Source: Bacteroidales bacterium UBA5349
GTDB taxonomy: Bacteria > Bacteroidota > Bacteroidia > Bacteroidales > Tenuifilaceae
Direction: 5' to 3'
NCBI GenBank assembly: GCA_002410065.1
Contig: DHQB01000009.1
Span: forward strand, 229,195-293,194
DNA: 64,000 nucleotides
The notes under the pieces are model-generated. The model did not search any database, was not told where the DNA came from, and saw only the letters and a list, made by a program, of their open reading frames with translations. Below, one piece after another: positions 58,610-64,000 of this stretch (its first letter is position 1; each line of letters begins with the position of its first letter). The position numbers and the translations under genes are program-made.

Positions 58610-59119
58610 CTATTGTTGTTCAAGGCTCTTTAATAAAGACATGTGGCTCATACCTGCCTTATCTGATGAACTCCCTAGACTAGCTAATTCATTTAATTTA
58701 ATATTCCCGGAAAGCGAAAGCAGAACTTCTTCTGTCTTATCAGTTGCCAGCATCACCAAATCGGTTATCATATCACCATTCTGTTTCACAAAGAAGTCAA
58801 CCTTTTGTTCACCATCAACAATTTGCATAATGGTTTTATATTTTAGTTTTACCATCTGTGCCCTTATTTCATTGGTAAACCCTACTGTCTTATCTTCGGA
58901 GACTAGAATTTTTAAAGATACAATTTTCTCGGAAAGTTGTTTTAGATCTTCATCTTTAGCATCGACCAAGGATAGTAGTTTAAACAACTCTGGTGTTATT
59001 GATACTGATGTAAAGCCAGGTTTACCTGAGTATTGTATAAAAGCATTATCTATGGCTGATTGGCTAAAAGCGTTAGTAACTGCAAGGAAAAGTGTAATAG
59101 CTAAAGTTATTGTTCTCAT
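58610..59119 (-). CDS. DUF4252-type secreted protein
   Basis: A signal peptide followed by IDNAFIQYSGKPGFTSVSITPELFKLL. It is the first gene of the sigma module. Confidence 0.7.
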   Translation of the reverse strand: MRTITLAITLFLAVTNAFSQSAIDNAFIQYSGKPGFTSVSITPELFKLLSLVDAKDEDLKQLSEKIVSLKILVSEDKTVGFTNEIRAQMVKLKYKTIMQIVDGEQKVDFFVKQNGDMITDLVMLATDKTEEVLLSLSGNIKLNELASLGSSSDKAGMSHMSLLKSLEQQ

Positions 59120-59311
59120 AATTCATTTAATTATAGTTAATAAAATGTTAAGCTAACCGCGGTTTATATAATAATGACGAACAACCATTCAATTTGTAAC
59201 AACTTAATCCATTTTTTTAAAATTTAAGTGTTATAAAATGCTATAAAAACCTAGATACTAATACCATTAGAATTTTCTTGCTAAAAAAAATCAAAAAAAT
59301 AAAGATTATGC

Positions 59312-59342
59312 TTGTATAGAACGATATAAAGCATTAGTTTTG
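59312..59342 (+). promoter_or_regulatory. Bacteroidota-type promoter (cTTG-N20-TAgtTTTG)
   Basis: TTG at 59312-59314, a 20-nt spacer, and TAGTTTTG at 59335-59342. It faces the tRNA-Lys pair. Confidence 0.45.
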
Positions 59343-59440
59343 CAGCGCTTTTAGAGTTTTTGAAGAGAAATTTAAGGTAACTTATATTCAAAGCATTAAG
59401 CTTACCTTAAGGACGTTAAAGTCCTTTTTTTTTCAAATTT

Positions 59441-59513
59441 GATTCAGTAGCTCAGCTGGTAGAGCACATCCCTTTTAAGGATGGGGTCCTGGGTTCGAGC
59501 CCCAGCTGGATCA
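59441..59513 (+). tRNA. tRNA-Lys (anticodon UUU)
   Basis: A 73-nt cloverleaf: acceptor GATTCAG/CTGGATC, D arm GCTC-AGCTGGTA-GAGC, anticodon stem-loop CATCC-CTTTTAA-GGATG, T arm CTGGG-TTCGAGC-CCCAG. Confidence 0.93.
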
Positions 59514-59530
59514 CAAAAAGCAAAATGGAA

Positions 59531-59603
59531 GATTCAGTAGCTCAGCTGGTAGAGCACATCCCTTTTAAGGATGGGGTCCTGGGTTCGAGCCCCAGCTGGA
59601 TCA
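59531..59603 (+). tRNA. tRNA-Lys (anticodon UUU), identical second copy
   Basis: Sequence identical to 59441-59513, after a 17-nt spacer. Confidence 0.93.
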
Positions 59604-59634
59604 CAAAAAAAAGCAGCCTAGGCTGCTTTTTTTA
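59604..59634. terminator. Bidirectional terminator (tRNA pair on +, DUF1987 operon on -)
   Basis: AAAAAAAA-AGCAGCC-ta-GGCTGCT-TTTTTT. Confidence 0.8.
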
Positions 59635-59635
59635 T

Positions 59636-60040
59636 TTAGTTAAATGGGGATTCAATACACTTATGCGGAATTTTTAGTCCGCTAAATTCGAATAGTTCCT
59701 CACCTGATTCCCTCATCTCTTCATCATCGCTTTCATAATACCATTCAACAAATATAGTGCTTCCTGTATCGGTAAATTCGTGAATCTTTTGAAGTAGAGT
59801 GATTAAATATTTATAGGTAGCCGAATTGAAATACCTGAAGAAGATAATAACTTTTATATCTTTTGTAGTCTTAGATTTCTTGAGAAAAGAGTTGTATTCA
59901 TCTAGCCAATCCATTACTGGTTGAAAAAATTTTGTTACATTTTCAGGATGGCAAATTCCTTTAATTTTAAAAACATTTGTATCTGGATCAAATAAAACGT
60001 CTGGAGAATCTTTATGTGCTTTGATACGTAACTCTCTCAT
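59636..60040 (-). CDS. SiaC-like (DUF1987) protein, paralogue C (divergent)
   Basis: Shares the family layout with the two upstream genes (PENV..FFQPVMDWLDEY, RYFNSATYKYLITLL, VEWYYESDDEEMRESGEE). Confidence 0.7.
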   Translation of the reverse strand: MRELRIKAHKDSPDVLFDPDTNVFKIKGICHPENVTKFFQPVMDWLDEYNSFLKKSKTTKDIKVIIFFRYFNSATYKYLITLLQKIHEFTDTGSTIFVEWYYESDDEEMRESGEELFEFSGLKIPHKCIESPFN

Positions 60041-60052
60041 AACTAATTATAA

Positions 60053-60439
60053 TTAGTGCTTATCTACTTTTGGAACAAAGTTAAAAGGAATGTTTAATAA
60101 TTCGGAAAACTCCTCTCCTGCCTCAGCCAGTTCGGCATCATACTTTGGAAACATCCAGGTTACCTCAACCTGTTTACCAACTCTATAAAGATCTCTAAGT
60201 TTTGAGAGGAGAATCAATATCATTTTGGAGGAAGCTGTATTAAAATAGTCAAAATCTAAAACAATATTTGTAAAGTCGTTAGGCTTCTCTCTGTACTCAT
60301 CGAACCATTCAATAACGGGACCGTAAAAACTCTTAACATCCTCGGGCAAGCATTTACCTTGAATTAGAAAAATGCCATTCTCCTTATCAAGGATAACCTT
60401 GGGAGTGATTTCAGTTGGTGAAATATCAATAACTTTCAT
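60053..60439 (-). CDS. SiaC-like (DUF1987) protein, paralogue B
   Basis: PEDVKSFYGPVIEWFDEY, DYFNTASSKMILILL, AEAGEEFSELLNIPFNF. Confidence 0.75.
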   Translation of the reverse strand: MKVIDISPTEITPKVILDKENGIFLIQGKCLPEDVKSFYGPVIEWFDEYREKPNDFTNIVLDFDYFNTASSKMILILLSKLRDLYRVGKQVEVTWMFPKYDAELAEAGEEFSELLNIPFNFVPKVDKH

Positions 60440-60470
60440 GCTTGCTTTTGTGAGATGCTAAATTATTGAA

Positions 60471-60860
60471 CTACTGAGGAATTGGTTGATATTTGATAAA
60501 ATTGAAAGGAACTTCTACTATGTCGGCATAATCTTCACCGGCATCCTGCATATCCTCATCATCTTCTTGGTAGTACCAATCAATGGATACTTTATGACCA
60601 GCCTCTTGCATGTCCTTGAATTTCTCAAATATTTCAAGTAGCATTTTTGATGATGCGGTATTGAAGTAGTCCATTTTAATAATTAAAACCGTTTCAGGAT
60701 TGGGTGATTCCGCATATTCTAAAACCCATTTGATTAGTGGACTATAAAATTCTTTAACATCCTCGGGGAGCGATTTTCCTGTGATTGAGAAAACACCAAT
60801 CTCTTTGTTAAAAATCACTTCTGGTGTTTCGTGGGATCCTTTAATGTTTAGTACTTCCAT
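60471..60860 (-). CDS. SiaC-like (DUF1987) protein, paralogue A
   Basis: PEDVKEFYSPLIKWVLEY, DYFNTASSKMLLEIF, DWYYQEDDEDMQDAGEDYADIVEVPFNF. Confidence 0.75.
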   Translation of the reverse strand: MEVLNIKGSHETPEVIFNKEIGVFSITGKSLPEDVKEFYSPLIKWVLEYAESPNPETVLIIKMDYFNTASSKMLLEIFEKFKDMQEAGHKVSIDWYYQEDDEDMQDAGEDYADIVEVPFNFIKYQPIPQ

Positions 60861-60911
60861 GTTGCTATTATGGTTAATTTATAGATTTTCTTCTTCAAAT
60901 GGTTGGTTTAA

Positions 60912-60943
60912 CAAATTTACAACTAATGAAACGAATTAGCAAA
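60912..60943 (-). promoter_or_regulatory. Bacteroidota-type promoter TTTG-N20-TAaaTTTG for the DUF1987 operon
   Basis: On the minus strand, TTTG is at 60943-60940, the spacer is 20 nt, and TAAATTTG is at 60919-60912. The -7 box ends 51 nt upstream of the ATG at 60860. Confidence 0.5.
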
Positions 60944-61022
60944 CACGAAATACTCTTTATAATACTTTTTTTTAAAAAGTTCCTGGAATAGTCCTAGAAA
61001 AATTTCATTAGCTAGGCAAAGA

Positions 61023-61529
61023 TTAATCCTTTAATTGTTCCAATAAACTTTTAACCCAGCTTTCAACCCTCGCTTTATTCATTTTATGTTGATTTTCAAA
61101 ATCTAAAATTAAACCCTTAAAATATTCACCTTCAAGCGCTTTTGATGATTCAAAGGTGTATTCCTTGGTCGATGTTTTACCAATCATTGTTGCACCACTA
61201 TTCTCAAATACCTCAGCTAACAGACCAACTGCATCCCCAAAGTTTTCGGGATATCCTAATTGATCACCATTTCCAAATATGGCAATCTTGGATTTTGAGA
61301 AATCTGTATCCTCAATTTCAGGCACTAATTCATCCCAATATACTGCCAGTTCACCGTCGAACCAGGTTGGTGATCCCAAGATTAAAAGATCGAAACCCTT
61401 TATTGTACTTAGATCAGCCTCTTCAATATCGATATCCTTTAATGATTCCATTCCAGTGGCTTGCTTTATCAGGTTAGCCGCCTTAGATGTTTTATTAGCC
61501 TTATGGCTATATACAATTGCTGCTTTCAT
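61023..61529 (-). CDS. Long-chain flavodoxin-like protein (atypical phosphate-binding loop)
   Basis: LILGSPTWFDGEL, IFGNGDQLGYPENFGDA, GATMIG and FKGLILDFENQ align with FldA. The N-terminal loop is YSHKANKTS rather than the usual G(S/T)xTGxT. Confidence 0.75.
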   Translation of the reverse strand: MKAAIVYSHKANKTSKAANLIKQATGMESLKDIDIEEADLSTIKGFDLLILGSPTWFDGELAVYWDELVPEIEDTDFSKSKIAIFGNGDQLGYPENFGDAVGLLAEVFENSGATMIGKTSTKEYTFESSKALEGEYFKGLILDFENQHKMNKARVESWVKSLLEQLKD

Positions 61530-61662
61530 ATATCTGTTTTTTGTTTCAAAAGGTAAACCTGTCTGTCTTCAGAAAGTTTTAGGCAGTTATGAAACATCCA
61601 TGTTTATGTATTGATTTTTTAATCATGGATGTTTCAATTCAACCAATTAATTTCATGATTAA

Positions 61663-63723
61663 CTAATAATTTGATAACTCAAGTGCCGCAATAAATATCT
61701 TATCACTATTGGGCAAAATAGCCTTTTCTAAAATTGGGTTAAAGCCTACTGGTGTAAAGGCTGCGCCTACCCTTTTTACTGGCCCATCAAGATACTCAAA
61801 GGCCTCTTCGGCAATAATTGAGGCTATTTCGCCCCCAAAACCACCAAATACTTTGTCCTCGTGCACCACAAGTGCTTTACCTGTTTTTTTTACGGATGAT
61901 AGAATTGTTTCTTTATCGAGAGGTATGATTGATCGGATGTCAACAACTTCAGCTGAAATCCCATGCTCTTTCTCTAATTTTTCAGCAGCATCAAGGCACA
62001 TTTGTGTTGTATTTCCAAAGGTAATCATTGTAAGATGTTCCCCTTTTCTTCTTATCCTTGCCTTACCAAAGGGTACTTCAAATTCAGGGGGAATTGGAGT
62101 TGCTGCCTTGGATGAATTATACAGCGCTTTTGGCTCAAGGAAAAGAGTCATTCCTTTTGAGCGCATGCTAGTTCTAAGCAAACCTGCAGCATCATCGGCA
62201 AATGATGGGTAAACGATACGGACACCTGGCATGGTTGCTAAAGCCCCCTCAATTGTTTGCGAATGGTATATACCACCACCAATATAACCCCCACTCGCAA
62301 GTCGGATTGTTATGTTTGGTGCAAACTTTCCATTCGATCGCCAGTAATCGTGCGAGGAATCTACATATTGCTCAATAGCTGGCCAGAAATAGTCGGCAAA
62401 CTCAGCTCCTTCAACAACAACCCTAATCTTATCGGAGAAGCGAGTCATTCCATTTGCAGTACCTAATATATAGTCTTCAGCAATTGGAGCGTTAAAAACC
62501 CTATCCTTACCAAATTCCTTCTGCATACCCTTTGAAACATTGAATATTCCACCCTTGTCTTTGTTGGCCATATCTTGACCCCAGATAAACGTATCTGGGT
62601 TATATCTAAATTCTTCCTTCAATGTAAGATTAATGGCTTCAATTAGTTTTAGTTTTTCTCCTTCAAAATTATGCTCTCCAGTAGTATACTTTTGGGGTTT
62701 ATACTCCTCGGGAAAAACAAATCTGTGAATCGATTCAGGACTTGGATCTGGAGCTGCCATAGCCGCTTTATGTGCTGCCTTAACCTCTAGCACCACACGC
62801 TCTTCAATACTTGCTAGTTCAGCCTCGTTAAATCTCTTGTAAAGCAAAAGCATGCGCTTAAACTTGGCAAGCGGATCAGCATTCTGAACGTACTCCATTT
62901 CACCCTTATCGCGATAAAGTTCATGTCTATCGGAGTTTGAGTGTGAGTGAATTCTAACACAGTTTGCTTGCACTATTGCTGGCATTTGATTTTCAATAGC
63001 CCACCTTTTGGCATCGTTCATGGTGTTCATTGAATCGAAAACATCTTTCCCGTTACAATGGAAGATCTTTAGGTTTTTGAAACCACTAAAGTTATTAGCT
63101 ACCTTACGATTAGCGGTCTGATCCTCTTTTGGAACTGATATTCCGTAACCATTATCCTGAAAGACAAAGATTACCGGTAACTTTTCATTTGAAGCGCCGT
63201 TAATTGCCTCGTAAACATATCCTTCTGATACAGAGGACTCTCCTTGAGAGCTGATAACTACTCCCTTATGATTATACCTTTTAAATGCACGACCAACCCC
63301 TGATGCTTGCTGGGTATGATTACCCGTGCTACTTGATGTATTATGGATATTAAGCTCTGCCTTAGCAAAATGATTGCTCATGTGTCTTCCTCCACTGGAT
63401 GGATCGGTATCCTTTGATATCCCGTTTAGTATTATCTCTTCGGCTGTCATACCTGCCGAAATAACTGTAAGCATATCACGGTAATAGGGAAAAAGGTGGT
63501 CCGTTTCTTTATCAAAAACCTGTCCAATCGCAAGCTGTATACCATCATGCCCTGCGTATGGTGCATGATAACTCCACCCTATTGCTTGCTTTAAATAATT
63601 TGGTGCTCTCTCATCTAGAGCTCTTCCTAGAACCAAAAGATAGAACCACTTTTCAAGGGTCTCCTTTGGCGTTTGCTTTATACCAAAAGTTTTATCGTTT
63701 CTTTTAATGTAATTCATAGTCAA
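61663..63723 (-). CDS. 2-oxoacid (branched-chain type) dehydrogenase E1 component, fused alpha and beta subunits
   Basis: The N-terminal half is a TPP-binding alpha-like domain (GESSVSEGYVYEAINGA, VIFVFQDNGYGISVP). The C-terminal half is a transketolase-like beta domain (RVFNAPIAEDYILG, EPK). A 686-aa single ORF. Confidence 0.85.
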   Translation of the reverse strand: MTMNYIKRNDKTFGIKQTPKETLEKWFYLLVLGRALDERAPNYLKQAIGWSYHAPYAGHDGIQLAIGQVFDKETDHLFPYYRDMLTVISAGMTAEEIILNGISKDTDPSSGGRHMSNHFAKAELNIHNTSSSTGNHTQQASGVGRAFKRYNHKGVVISSQGESSVSEGYVYEAINGASNEKLPVIFVFQDNGYGISVPKEDQTANRKVANNFSGFKNLKIFHCNGKDVFDSMNTMNDAKRWAIENQMPAIVQANCVRIHSHSNSDRHELYRDKGEMEYVQNADPLAKFKRMLLLYKRFNEAELASIEERVVLEVKAAHKAAMAAPDPSPESIHRFVFPEEYKPQKYTTGEHNFEGEKLKLIEAINLTLKEEFRYNPDTFIWGQDMANKDKGGIFNVSKGMQKEFGKDRVFNAPIAEDYILGTANGMTRFSDKIRVVVEGAEFADYFWPAIEQYVDSSHDYWRSNGKFAPNITIRLASGGYIGGGIYHSQTIEGALATMPGVRIVYPSFADDAAGLLRTSMRSKGMTLFLEPKALYNSSKAATPIPPEFEVPFGKARIRRKGEHLTMITFGNTTQMCLDAAEKLEKEHGISAEVVDIRSIIPLDKETILSSVKKTGKALVVHEDKVFGGFGGEIASIIAEEAFEYLDGPVKRVGAAFTPVGFNPILEKAILPNSDKIFIAALELSNY

Positions 63724-63750
63724 AATGCATGTTATATTATCAAATTAATT

Positions 63751-64000
63751 TTAAACCTCCCTATTGGCATCAAATTGCTCGAGGTAATCTGCTACTCTTC
63801 TTAAAAAGGCACCGCCTAATGCTCCGTCAATTATTCTATGGTCGTATGATAGACTTAAGAACATCTTATGCCTTGGAACGATTATATCTCCATGTTCAGT
63901 CTCTACTACAGCTGGTTTCTTCTCAATTGAGCCCGTTGCCAAAATTGCAACCTGTGGTTGCGAAATGATTGGAGTACCCATTAAATTCCGAAACGAACCA
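63751..64000 (-). CDS. 2-oxoacid dehydrogenase E2 acyltransferase, C-terminal catalytic end (gene continues beyond the window)
   Basis: The catalytic motif is SLSYDHRIIDGALGGAFL. The frame is open to the window edge and the stop is at 63751. Confidence 0.85.
   Translation of the reverse strand, partial: GSFRNLMGTPIISQPQVAILATGSIEKKPAVVETEHGDIIVPRHKMFLSLSYDHRIIDGALGGAFLRRVADYLEQFDANREV

Noticed and set aside
58395-59156. 253-aa ORF on the plus strand
   Set aside because: It is antisense to the ECF sigma and DUF4252 genes. It has no motifs and a Ser/Phe/Leu/Ile-rich composition typical of the reverse frame of AT-rich coding DNA.
59441-59603. Duplicated tRNA-Lys as an att site of an integrated mobile element
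   Set aside because: Both copies are complete and identical and lie 17 nt apart. There is no integrase, no partial tRNA copy and no foreign-looking genes on either side. This is a simple tandem tRNA duplication.
61142-61614. Two 111-aa plus-strand ORFs
   Set aside because: They are antisense to the flavodoxin-like gene and its upstream spacer, with no supporting signals.

Overview
AT-rich chromosomal segment whose gene content and signals look like Bacteroidota. This taxonomic call is an inference from four things: a V-type ATPase operon with a DUF2764 gene, ECF sigma plus DUF4252 modules, a TonB-dependent receptor, TTTG-N20-TAnnTTTG promoters, and almost no Shine-Dalgarno sites. About 50 genes are mostly housekeeping. 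They include a histidine operon (hisD-hisC fused in frame, hisB, hisH, hisA, hisF), prfC, ung, pdxB, a 7-gene V-type ATPase operon, ygiQ, queA, RNase P RNA, pyrD, a selenium-utilisation cluster (yedF, class-V PLP enzyme, DUF3343, selD), gyrA, clpC, tpx, rimO, two identical tandem tRNA-Lys(UUU) genes, and a fused E1 alpha/beta plus a partial E2 of a 2-oxoacid dehydrogenase. No transposase, integrase, CRISPR array or recognisable defence system was seen. The most interesting material is signalling. (i) Three tandem SiaC-like (DUF1987) genes have their own promoter and terminator but no kinase or output gene beside them. (ii) Two large convergent TPR plus PP2C/SpoIIE phosphatases are present, one co-transcribed with a TonB-dependent receptor. 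(iii) An orphan sensor-less MCP and a single-domain receiver sit next to a NarL-type two-component pair. Other oddities are an in-frame HisD-HisC fusion, heptanucleotide tandem arrays and a nested palindromic element filling the his operon spacers, and a 1.1-kb non-coding AT-rich gap after rnpB carrying repeated GATACATATGTAAAC motifs upstream of an XRE-type regulator. There is also a flavodoxin with a degenerate FMN phosphate loop. All family assignments come from motif reading by eye; no searches were run.
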